64,000 bases of DNA from Blasia pusilla. Lineage: Eukaryota. The notes under the pieces were generated by a model. It did no database searches and was not told where the DNA came from. It saw only the letters and a program-made list of their open reading frames with translations. Positions 28,886-40,472 of this stretch are shown here, in pieces. How positions within the stretch are numbered: position 1 is the first letter of the stretch; every line of letters starts with the position of its first letter. Both the position numbers and the translations under genes were made by a program. The stretch spans positions 17,670,001 to 17,734,000 of the forward strand of contig CM114271.1 of assembly GCA_050084515.1 (NCBI GenBank), in the 5' to 3' direction.

Positions 28886-30973
28886 GGGAGTGGCTGAGCA
28901 GCGTCAGATGAGATTGCGATAGATCACAGCGGTCGCATTGGTGAGCCCCATGCCTACCGAGACGGTGGAGGTAGTGGATGGGGGCCAGACCCGAGGAGAT
29001 CGACACACCATGGGAGATCAAGAGAGACACCCTTGGACTTCTTGGGATGTCTTGCACGTACGCCAGAGATTATAGCCACACAATTGAGCGTGGTTCCGAG
29101 CACTGCATGTGGTGGAGATCAGAGTTTGCAATTGCCTGCAGGACAACGGTCAAGTGTTGTTGTTCGAGACGGGGTTGCACCATAGCAACCACCGATACCA
29201 GCGCCGGAGAGTCCCACCGTAGTCACGATGGAGACTTGGGTGTCAGATATAGGCCCTTAGTTGACAGGAGGATAGCAGCGCCGAATACATCAGTTCCTCA
29301 AGAGTTATAGGAATTGCTTTGCATTTAGCACGGAGGATTTGGGTACGCTGAAGGGACCGGGGATCCGCATTGAGTTTTCGAGTGATACGCCAATCTTCCG
29401 ACGACCCTACAGGTACATAGATATGGAGAGGGCTTTGATTGAAAGTAGGAGCCATGACTTGGTTGGAGCACTCCTCAAAGTGGATCGAGTTGGTTGCATT
29501 TCTTGACAAAGCGAATGAGAGAGTAGCTTATGCCTTCCTTGACAGATTGTTGAGTCATTATGGCGCACTAGGCTGAGGTGTTGACAGACCAGGATACAGA
29601 GTTTTGGGGTGAGTTCCATGCCTTGTGTGATCAGGCGCTGATCGACTATCACAGGACTTCGCGAGATCATCTTGAGGCGGATGGATTAGCGGAGAGAAAG
29701 TTATATAAACGGTGAAGAGGGATTTATGCAAGTATGGCTTGCAAAGAGGTCACCTAGGAGATTGGGACCTCCAGTTGCCCTCGTTGGCGATGGGATACAG
29801 ATTCAACATACAGGCATCCTTAGCATCTTTTTCACCGTACTTGCTAATTTATGGCCGAGAGCCATATTTACCTACGGCCATTTGTCGAGATGCTGGTGAG
29901 GTGTTGGACCTTGATGATCCAGATGTATGGATGCGAGCATGTCCTCAGAGGGCTGAGTTGTTTCCAAGAGTGATGTCCATGGCGTTCGAGAACTTGGCGA
30001 TTGCGCAACATCGCCTAACAAAATCTCTATGCATATCAAACTGCAATATGTAGTCTCAAAGCCCTTGCTGATGCAGCCTCAAAGCTCTTGACAATGCCCA
30101 ATTGTAAAATTATCGATTATAACCATGGATTTGAGCCAATTTTGACATACTGCAAGGACTTGAAGGATTTAGGATGCAGCCTATTGAAAAGCGTCGATTT
30201 GAAGCTCTTACTTTGTTCTAGATCGCCATCGGTAAAAAAAAAAAAGGATTTCCCCATGGAATATAATTCACACGGTCGGAATCAAAGGTTATCTTCTATT
30301 GATAAGGCGTGATTGAGTGACAACCGAGTAACAAAAGCTGCACGACCTTTCCAAATCTTCCTCTCACAGGTACATAAAGTCGTTGATTCATCAACTTGAG
30401 CTGATTCCTCCGTAGCATTTCTAAGGTCCTGCATCCCATCTGCTCCCAAAATCAAAGCAGATGGGAGCAAATTCGGTCCATGCGCCTGTAGGACTTACTT
30501 CCAGACCCTATGCATCAGACTCATGGCGCACGACATCAAATTAGATGTCAAGACCGTGGGAAGGTGGTGCATGCAATATTCGATCAAGATCACATACACG
30601 CAATGAATATACTTTCCTCCATCGCCGATGCTGGGCGGCAACCATGAAACTCACTTGCATGTGTGTGTCGGTGTTGTGGAAGTAACATATTCTTGTGGAA
30701 GAGCTCCAGGCCTGAGGTTTGAACTAGAGGTTGAGGCTAAGGCCGAGGCATGAGGCTAAGGGAGATGCATGAGGGAGGGTTGCAAGCGATTCCAATCCAG
30801 CTGCATAAGCCTAGGGCGGGATCACTAGACAACCAGGTAAGTTTTTGCCAATTTTGCACTCCCTACATGTAATCTACGATCTCCCTCAATTGTATGTACC
30901 TTTGGTAACACATGCATGGCCCACTCAACCAATATATCGTCACCGGTAAAGTTGCAACGGTAAAATTTAACGT

Positions 30974-31001
30974 CGATGCATCGCACGGGCATTCTTACTA
31001 G
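30974..31001 (+). mobile_element. Helitron-like 3' terminus
   Basis: cgatgcatcgcacgggcattcttaCTAG|T closely resembles the plant Helitron end pattern gcaacgcacgggc...ctag. Confidence 0.65.
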
Positions 31002-31676
31002 TCTTAGAAATCCAAAAAATACAAACTACAAAAATGAAGATATGATGTAGTTTATAACATTATCTTTCGTTGCAATATGTAGCATGCGTGCTACATTTTG
31101 GCATAAGGTGGCTCCTACCTCGAAATATGATGTCCCACACTTGTCATGTCAAGTCTGATTTGGAGGAAAGGAATGAAATGGCTTATTGACCTAACTTTGT
31201 TTGTATGTCCTTAAACTCAAAGTTGTGTTTTTGGGTTGGAAGGGAATAGAAAAGAGTTTATTGTTTCCCAAAGGTTATTTGGTTTGCATCTAGCTCTTCT
31301 CTAAAGAACTTTAATCCAATCTGTCTTCTTTCTCAAAGACTAATCTATACACCTAGTTGCTAACAAAGTTTTATGGACACCAAAGACCTTATCCTGAACG
31401 TACACCTTCATCAGACTCAATTATTTCCTTGAAGTTGACCAAGGATTTGTACAACGACTCAATGGTTATAAACTATCGTCAATTTTCGGTATCTTGCATT
31501 CAACTCCTTCAATGCACTTTTTCACCTTCTGAAACGTATGTTGAATATCATTGGTAGTAGATATTCCATTTATGTCAATCGCCTCCTCATCATGTGAAAG
31601 TAAGTAACTTATGTAGTCAACATTATTATCATGAGAGTTCCACCCTATCAAGGGAGTGGAGCTATCCAAGGCTTTC

Positions 31677-32123
31677 TGTCGTGCGCCTACTCTCCTTGAA
31701 CGTTAATCTTGTTTGTTGCGGAAGCGTGCGTTCAGTAGGTCACGCTCTCAACGCTGATCTGCCTCCAAACACGCACTTCGGTTAGTCGGGTCTTGGATCA
31801 ATCAGCGGGATTACTTTCCGAGTTCTCGTCTCGGACTCTCTCTTCAAGCTCAACCTTCCTAGTTTCGCGGTTCACGTTCCTGAACCGACCAGAAAGTCTA
31901 TCCCAAGTTTTTCGAGACTTGCCCGTGTTGGAAACCGCGAAACAAGGAAGGTTGAGCTTGAAGAGAGAGTCCGAGATGAGAACTCGGAAAGTAATCCCGC
32001 TGATTGATCCAAGACCCGACTAATCGGCGCGTGTTTGGAGGCAGATCATCGCGTTGAGAGCGTGACTCATCAACGACGCCGCAACAAACAAGATTAACGT
32101 TCAAGGAGAGTAGGCGCACGACA
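31677..32123 (+). repeat. Aberrant 5' LTR: inverted copy of the LTR 3' end (31677-31872) joined to the last ~250 bp of the LTR (31876-32123)
   Basis: 31677-31872 is the reverse complement of ~38325-38520. 31876-32123 matches ~38269-38520 directly. Confidence 0.92.
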
Positions 32124-32125
32124 CG

Positions 32126-32137
32126 TGGTATCAGAGC
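32126..32137 (+). promoter_or_regulatory. Primer binding site, tRNA-iMet
   Basis: TGGTATCAGAGC, 2 nt after the LTR end CA. Confidence 0.95.
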
Positions 32138-32277
32138 TTGTATTCCTTGATGAGCGTGAACTTGGGGTCGTTGAAGATCTAGACGTTTGGGGAGAACTCA
32201 AGGTAGCCGGAAGACCGTGACGCCAAGGAGGAACGCAAGAGGCAAGGAGGAGATCTGAGAAAAGGCGACGACTCGCA

Positions 32278-35200
32278 ATGGCGACCAAGGGCGAAGAACC
32301 GAGGAAACCGCGAGTCAAAGCAAAGAAGCCAAGAGACGAATCAATGACGGACCAAGAGCCGGAGGTGGAATTTGCGACTCCCGAAGTGCCGAGTCCCAAA
32401 CATGAGGATGTTCCAACCGAAAATCTTTCCGCGGGACCTTCGGGTCCTAACTTAAACGATCCGGCCTTTTATACCCAAATGATGGGATTGATGAAGGTGA
32501 TGGCGGACCAGATGGCTGAACAGAGCAAGGTGATCTCGGAATTCAAGTCAAATGGAGCCTCTAGTTCTGGCAAGAAGCTTTGTAAGACTAGTTTGCCAAC
32601 GCCATTCACAGGAATGGGGCGTTCTCGGAAAGTGAGCGAGTTTCTAACGGAACTCAAACTCTATTTCGAAGCGCAAAAGGCAGATGAACAAGACAAGGTG
32701 ACTGTAGCGGTCACATTTCTGAAGGATCACGCTCTCCATTGGTGGACGGCTCACCGCAAAGAACATCTAGGTCGTGGAAAACGTTGAGTTGGGAAGATTT
32801 CAAGGAGTTGATTGGGAACCGATTCACTCCGGAATATCAGGAGTACCGCAATGGCATGGAGGTGGTGAGGTTGCGCCAGAGTGGATCACTTGGCGCTTAT
32901 GTGCGAGAGTTTAGTGCGCTCATGAGTGCACTTTCCACGAATGAACATACTAAAAAGGTGATCTTCCTAAGTGGGCTCAAACCGAGTGCCAAGAAGGCTC
33001 TCTTTCGTATGCCTCACATCCCAGAGACGTGCGCGGACCTCTTGAGACTAGCCGAGCGGATTGGGGACGATGAAGTCCAACACCCGAAACCCTTTGAGAC
33101 AAAAAGTTTTTCTAAGTTACAGAAGAATAAAGGGACATCCAAGAGGGTTTGGAATAGGGGTGAGCGTGACCACGGAGGGTCTCTCGCCCCAACGGCGAAA
33201 CGAGTGGAACTCAACGCGAAGCCGAAGGGGCCGCCGTTTACGAAGTCAACGAATGCCAAAGTGATTTGCTATAATTGTGGCGAACCCGAGCATATGGCTA
33301 AGGAATGTGTGAGGCCCAAGGTGAGTAAACCGAGTATGATTGCGTTTTCCGCTAAGCATTTATCGGAGGGAGATCTAGATACATCTCTACAAGTCACCAA
33401 GAGAACGCCCAATTTGGTTTACCTAGGATCCAAGATCGCTAATCGCGATGTGATGTTGCTCGTTGATACAGGTGCTTCGCACTCATTCTTGAGTCCGAGA
33501 ATCATAAAAACGTTGGGATTGCCAACCACCAAGGCGGATGAACCCATTAGGGTAGGATTCGCGGGAGGCAAGTCCCACCAGACATCAGATCTGGTTTTAG
33601 GGCTAGTTGTGAGATGCGGAGTATTTGAGTTGAAGGAGAATTTTACAGTTTGCGAGATGGACGGTATCGACGGAAGTCTTGGGGAACACGTTCTTGGATG
33701 CGTATGAGGTGGAACTGAGGCGGAGACCTTTGAGGTTAAGCGTCTTGGTTAACGGCAAACGGACGGACGTCAGATTGGTTCGTGAGGTGCCTAGAAAGAC
33801 GGAGTTGGTGAACGCCATCACGAGGACGAGTTTGGCCGAGTTAGAGGAAGGATTTCTTTGCTTGATGAGACGAGTAGAGGATGATGCAAGCGCAAGATGC
33901 AGAGATCATAACTCAGCTTCAAGGGGGATCCCTGAAACACTCAAGAGAGTTGTGAAAGAATTTGAAGATGTGTTGACTAAGGAGCTTCCGACTGAGTTGC
34001 CACCACATAGGGCGGTTGATCATAAGATTGAGGTGATACTAGGATCTCAACCACCTTCAAAGGCACCATATAGGTTGGATCAAGAGGAACTTGCTGAGTT
34101 GAAGAAACAGTTGGGTGAACTCCTAGAGAGGGGTTACATCCAAACAAGCAAGTCACCTTATGGGGCGCCCGTCCTCTTTGTCAAGAAGAAGGATGGGAAG
34201 TTGAGACTCTGTGTTGATTATCGAGCGCTGAATAAAGTGACGGTAAGGAATAACTATCCTCTAATGAGGATGGATGACCTCTTTGATCGATTGTCGGGTG
34301 CCAAGTATTTCAGCCGGATTGACCTGAAATCAGGATATTATCAGATTCGGATTGCCGAAGCGGATGTAGAGAAGACTGCCTGTAGGACGAGATACGGTTC
34401 GTTCGAGTTTGTAGTAATGCCTTTCGGTCTTTGTAATGCGCCTCCGACGTTTACCACTTTGATGAACTCCATCTTTCACAAGGAGACGGATGAGTTTGTG
34501 ATCATCTATATAGATGACATACTCATCTATTCGAAAACACTACAGGAGCATGCTCGACATTTTAAGACGGTGTTTGAGAAACTTAGGGCGAACAAGCTGT
34601 ATGCGAATGCGGATAAGAGTGAGTTCGGTTTGACAAACATCAAGTTCTTGGGGCATGTGGTTAGTGCGGATGGAGTGAGTCCAGAGATGGAAAAGGTCGC
34701 GATTTCGAATGGGAACCGCCTTCCACGGTGAAGGGATGAGAAGGTTCATCGGAGCTATCCAGTTTTACCGGACATACGTGAAGAACTTTTCGGGCATAGT
34801 GAAACCTCTCACGGATTGGACCGCAAAGTTTACCAATACTACATGGACCGAGGAAGTGGATAAAGCGTTCAATCGAGTCAAAGAGATCCTCTCGCAGAAC
34901 CGATTCAAAGCTGCCGGAGTTTGAACAACCGTTCGAGGTGCACACGGATGCTAGTGATTTCGCGATTGCGGCAATGTTGGTGCAAAAGGAGACAGAGTAG
35001 CATACGAAAGCAAGAAGCGACCGACACCAAAAGGAGATGGCCTACTCATGAGAAAGAGTTGTTTGCGGTGGTTCATTGCTTGAGGAAGTGGCGTCACTAT
35101 TTGGGACTTCACAGACTCGAGTATTTATCGATAACATATCGCTCAAGTATTTTGAGACCAGGATCGCGTGGACGCCAAAACAACTTCGGTGGCATGATAC

Positions 35201-36805
35201 CTTGGCGTTGATGAATGTGGAGCTAATCCATAAGCCGGGAAAGACAATGTCATTCCAAATCGTTAAGTCGCAGGATGAACACATGCCATCGCGACACAAG
35301 TGTTGAGAGCAATGTTCCCTAATGAAACAGACCTGGAAAGAAGGATTCGTGAAGGATACATGAAGGATGAGCAAGCGAGGGAGTACCTCGGGAAGTTAAA
35401 GCGGGGCGAGAAGGTGGCCAATCTGAGTTTGAGACACGGCTTGCTAAGGTTTAAGCAGAGTAGGATCTATGTAGGCCAAGGCAAGCTACGGACCAAGGTG
35501 TTTGTGGAATGTCATTATGGACCTTTGGCAGGACACAAAGGGGAGAAATCCACTCTTCTTTGTTTTGTCTAAGAGGTTCTTCCGGCCCAACATGAAGGAA
35601 GATGTTGCTCAATATGTGAAAACATGCGTGACCGCCAAAGCGAACCGCGTGTCTTATGCCAAGAAACAAGGTTTACTTCATCCTTTGCCAATCCCGAAGG
35701 GACCCTTGCAAAGCATTAGCATGGATTTCATTACGAGTCTTCCAGAATCTGAGGAATACAACGCTATACTTGTGATAGTTGATCGGTTTAGCAAGTTGGG
35801 GAGGTTTGTGCCGACGAGAGAGTCTGCGACGGCCTACACGACTTCCCGACTATTCCTGGATGGTTGGTGGTGTGCGCACGGATTTCCTAGGAGCATTGTG
35901 TCCGATCGGGATCCGAAGTTTACCAGTGCCTTTTGGAAACATCTATTCAGGAGGTTCCGGACCAAACTCAGCTTTAGTACGGCCTTCCATCCTCAAACGG
36001 ATGGGCAAACGGAAAAAGTAAACTCAGTCGTAAACCAATACTTACGGAATTACGTGAGTGCGGACCAAAGAGATTGGGCCAAGTGGTTAAGTATGGCTGA
36101 GTATTGTAACAACTCGACTAAGCATTCTGCAACCGGAGAATCTCCGTTTCTTCTGGCGTATCAAAGAGAACCAGAAGGGCCTCTTGACTTAGCTCTTTCG
36201 AAGGGCAATACATCGACACACACTCGTCAAGCAACGGCGGAATGTTTGTTAGTGGAAATGCAGGAACAACAAGAGCGAGCGAGAGAAAGTCTTGCCGAGG
36301 CTCAACTAAGGTACGTAAAGCATGCTAACAAAAGTCGGCGCCAAGTGAGTTTCCAAGTTGGGGAACAAGTGTGGTTGAGTGTTAAGAATCTCACTCTTCC
36401 GAAGGAATTGTCCGCGAAATTGTCAGCTAAGTATGTTGGACCGTATGTGATCAAGGCAAATCCGTTTGAGGATGTGTACACGTTGGAGCTGCCAAACGAG
36501 TTCAAGATTCACCCGACTTTCCATGTGTCATTATTGAAGAAGTATCTTCAAGACAATGTGCGTCCGGAACGAAGGAGGATGTTGAGACCACAACCGGTCA
36601 TCAGAAATGAGGAACCGAGTTCGAGGTTGAGACCATTCTGCGTTCCAGACGTAGGGCCACCAAGTACGAGTACATGATCAAGTGGAAAGGCTATCATGTG
36701 AAAGAGGCGACTTGGATTGCGGAGGCGGATCTAGAACATGCGCAAGAAGCATTGCGTGACTTCAGATGGATGCAAAAAAAAGGCACGTGCGTTAGTACAT
36801 GGTGA
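32278..36805 (+). pseudogene. Gag-Pol of the chromovirus: gag, zinc knuckle, protease, RT, RNase H, integrase, chromodomain; frameshifted
   Basis: CYNCGEPEHMAKEC; LVDTGASHSF; RLCVDYRALN...YIDDILIYS; SISMDFITSLP...SDRDPKFTS...QTDGQTE; GPY. Chromodomain EFEVETIL...EYMIKWKGY...ATWIAEADL at ~36617-36765. Confidence 0.93.
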
Positions 36806-37476
36806 AGCAATGGACATAACTTGTGACCGGAAAGCTTGGGCCGATAACCCGTTGTAACTAGAAAGGTTTAGTTGTTGCAATAAAGAAGACATGGATTTGG
36901 AGATTCGATGCTTGTATTATAATTTTGAGTTTGGTTGTGCAAGGCAATGAGTAGTTCTTCATATGCTTAGGATTTAAGTCAAGGAGACCAAACAATGAGT
37001 ATTTGAGGTGAGAGCTTGTATTCAGATAAGGCTTCTAGATCAGGACCAAGTGTTGAAGTACTAGCATTTGGGCTCGCCCTAACGTCGGCGGGGCAGATGA
37101 GTCTGTCTTGGGGTTTGTGGTGATCTTATTCATGTTTCATGACTGAACTTAGTGACGCGCCTAGGTGGAATACAAGTGACCCAAAAGTAGTACGAGTTGG
37201 CTAGGTAGACAGGCGGTTGTTTACAAATAGTGAGTGAAGTGTTAGGTTGCAGACTTAGTGAGCTTATTTTGATAGTTAGATTAGTTCGGAAGAACAAGTC
37301 TAGGCTCATCAGAAAGCAGAAGCTAATAAGTCTAAGTGCTGCAAGCGACAAACCTAACACTTAAGCCAAAAAGAGGAATTGCGGGTTAGCTACCAAAACG
37401 CGATTCTGTGTTAAGGAGTCGGCTTCCCAGAACTTAACATCAATAAGGTTTGCGTTGATGAGGACATCAACCTTCT

Positions 37477-37489
37477 AAGGAGGGGTGAG
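37477..37489 (+). promoter_or_regulatory. Polypurine tract of the chromovirus
   Basis: aaggaggggtgag directly before the TG of the 3' LTR, preceded by a gttgatg-agga-catcaac hairpin. Confidence 0.85.
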
Positions 37490-38520
37490 TGTCGTGACCC
37501 TCATAACCAAACAACACCAAATACGCGCCAAGCGAAACATCAGAGTCAAAGGAACTCACGCCGCGAGGTTTGCGCTTTGGAGAGGCGTTTGGAAGAGTCT
37601 CTTGGAAAAGTCTAAGAGACGAAACGCGGAACAGAGTTGTGCGTTTCATGCGTGAGTGGTCGCAACCAGGAAACCTAGACCAAACGCGAGCCGAGGCTTG
37701 AGATGAGTTGAGTCTTGGAGGTTGGTTGCCAAAGAGGTGAGAACCAGTTTGGAACACGACTAGCGTTTGGGAGAATCTGACTGTGTTTAGGACCATAACG
37801 TTGAGCTACGAGATGCGTTCGGGACAAGTAAGAGCGCGTTGGAAAGCTGATCTCAAGACGCTTCCAACGCATCAAAGATCTCAGAAAACGCATAAGTACA
37901 GGCTGAGATATTGGCCGAAAACGATTCAAAGAGCAATCGGGTTGAGGGCCAATTGGAGAGGCCCGGGTGTCTTTCCCTAAATGTAGGGGGCCCCCGGAGA
38001 TCCCCAGAAGTACTAGTAAGGGGAGTACCTTCTCTGAGATGTCTCGGGAAACGAAACCCCATTTTGGGCGCCAAACGGGGTTTTAGAGGCACGAGATGAA
38101 ACGGGAGTTTGGCGCGGAAACCCGAAACCCAAACCTGATCCAAGGGAGTGGACTTTGTACGCCACACTTGGATTCCAACCCGAGATTCACTTCGTGCGAG
38201 TCTTGGTGAGGAACTCATTGGATGTTCATCGACGATTGGAACCGCTTAGGCGCTAAACGCCGCTTTCAGTTCCTGAACCCGACGAAAGTCTGTCCCAAGT
38301 CTTTCGAGACTTGCCGGTGTTGGAAACCGCGAAACTAGGAAGGTTGAGCTTGAAGAGAGAGTCCGAGACGAGAACTCGGAAAGTAATCCCGCTGATTGAT
38401 CCAAGACCCGACTAACCGAAGTGCGTGTTTGGAGGCAGATCAGCGTTGAGAGCACCACCTACCGAACGCACGCTTCTGCAACAAACAAGATTAACGTTCA
38501 AGGAGAGTAGGCGCACGACA
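37490..38520 (+). repeat. 3' LTR of the chromovirus (1031 bp)
   Basis: TGTCGTG...CACGACA terminal inverted ends; follows the PPT and is followed by the TSD. Confidence 0.92.
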
Positions 38521-40472
38521 CTTTCATAAGTCCTCTAAAATTGCGTGCCCTTGATCCAAATTTAGCACAAGATATAAAAGGACTTACATTTATATATGTT
38601 CAATTCGTAGAAGACACGTGATTTATACATACAGATGTTGCCATTGTGGTATAGTCACCAATAGTTTATCAAAGGTAATGGAGCCGAGATCCTTTTTTTG
38701 GTCTGAAAATAGAGTGTAAATATAACTCAATTTATTACAACCATGACACTTGGTATCCCAACCTTATTAGTCATACTTAACAAGATTCAATTGTCAAGCC
38801 TCATTGTGTGTGATTGGCCTGGGTGATCTATAATTGGATCTACCAATAGTCTATAAAGATGCCCCACTCATGCATTAGCCCCCCTTCAAACCTCATGCGG
38901 CATGAAGTTTATCCATAGGGACATGGATGATCCAACATCCTCACACTCTCCTCCAAAAATTGGCACACAATCAAGATGGGGTCCAAGGCTATCAATGAAA
39001 CACTCTCCATAACCTTAAACTCCTTAGATTTTCTCGGCCTTTTTCAAAGACCTCACTCCAAGTCATCTAAGCATGCTCTCTGACACTGTATCAAAACTCC
39101 TTTAGCAAACCCCATAGTGGTACTACAATGTCTTCTATTCTGATAAAATCAGTGTTTTGGACGTTTAAGGTATGATTAGTTCCCCAAGAGGATCATCTTG
39201 TTCTCTCAAAACATAAATATGTCAATCTAATGCTTGCAAGCTGACTGAAGTTATTTCAACACTCTATAACTCACATTTTCATTCCTCTATTCTTCTCTTA
39301 GTAGGACATATAATTTCCTTGTGAAGTGTCTTCTTAGTGAAATTCGGAGTTGGTTCTCTCGAATCTAAGCATGACTTATCCAAAAGAGCCTCAAAGAGAA
39401 CACAACGTTTACATGGCTCTTCCTAGAGTCAAAATTCAATCCGTCATGGCACGTCACATATTCTCTATCTACCCAATTTATTAACTCGTATTCACAGTGC
39501 ACTCTTTCTTTATCAAAAATCATACTAACAAATTCTTTCCATATAGTAGACCGAATCAGATAGAGACTACCACCATCTTCGTACAACAGGAAATAATGGA
39601 ATGCTTACTATTTCATTCCAACAACATCTACACGCTTACCCAAATGGTGGTTCTTTCTCCTTAGAGTCTTCTTTAAATCCTACTTTTAGAAGGATCCTAT
39701 CTTGAGATATAGATCAATTTTTTGGACCAAGATGTCTCTTAAGATATTGCTAACTGTTTGATGAAGGGTTAATATTGCTTTCCTGGTGATCCCGCTGAAT
39801 CAGTTGATCCTACGGCCGCGTTCTTTCTAAGCATCGTGCCCCTATTTTTCTTCTTGCCCAACTGTTGTGTCATTCCCATACCAACTCCAGTCTTTGGACT
39901 CCTATAGTCTTCGTTCCGAATAAGTTTAAGTCTTGGCTACAAAGACAAACTATCTTCGCAAAGACTATTTATTTCTCCTTACTTGGTCTTTGTTGAAGAG
40001 TCTTTGTTCCGAAGACAAAATATCTTAGTTTTCACTTATTGTCTTTAAAAATATTCTTCTTTGTCTATCCAAACTTACTCCAAATCCATTTTCGCTTTCC
40101 TCAAAGAAAATTCCTTGTTCTCAACAACTTGTTCGTCTTCTCATTGGAATTCAAATCAATTCATTGTTCCAATAGTCAAATATTTCTCGAATTTTTTTAC
40201 ATTCCCAAACAATGCCTCTTCCTTGCTCTGTCTTCGTACATACAAAACCCTTATTTTACTTAAAAGTCTTACATTTTACAAAATTTTAAGAGATAATAGG
40301 TATCACAGGTACCTCCCCTCCATCGGCTAGTGAGGCCATCATCACACTCCACTTCATAAAAGTCTCACCCTCTAGTATATCCTCTACATGAACATGACCT
40401 TCCATCTGGAAAAGTGATTGTGTTGTTCATACTAGAGTCCACCCCTTACCAACATAAAAAGGCGGTTGCATG

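Larger units (their letters stand above)
23108..30014 (+). mobile_element. DNMT-carrying Ty3/gypsy retrotransposon, copy 2: putative 5' LTR/leader, gag, protease, C5-methyltransferase, RT start fused by deletion to integrase; 3'-truncated
   Basis: Starts TGTCAAGACC (copy 3 starts TGTCATGACC). Gag knuckles CWSCGGAHHQRDC and CDYCQRYGHTRAKC; protease RVFLDSRA...YDLLVG; DNMT motifs; RT N-terminus FAFS...IFRRP; integrase SKWIELVA...DGLAER...AFENLAIAQH. Confidence 0.88.
31677..38520 (+). mobile_element. Chromoviral Ty3/gypsy LTR retrotransposon with a rearranged (palindromic) 5' LTR
   Basis: TG...CA termini and a perfect TSD CTTTC (31672-31676 and 38521-38525). PBS, gag-PR-RT-RH-INT-chromodomain, PPT and 3' LTR are all present. 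Confidence 0.95.

Noticed and set aside
39087-40307. Possible solo LTR (TGTATCA...TATCACA) truncating copy 3
   Set aside because: Flanking 5-mers differ (GACAC versus GGTAC) and there is no second copy, PBS or PPT in the window to support the boundaries.
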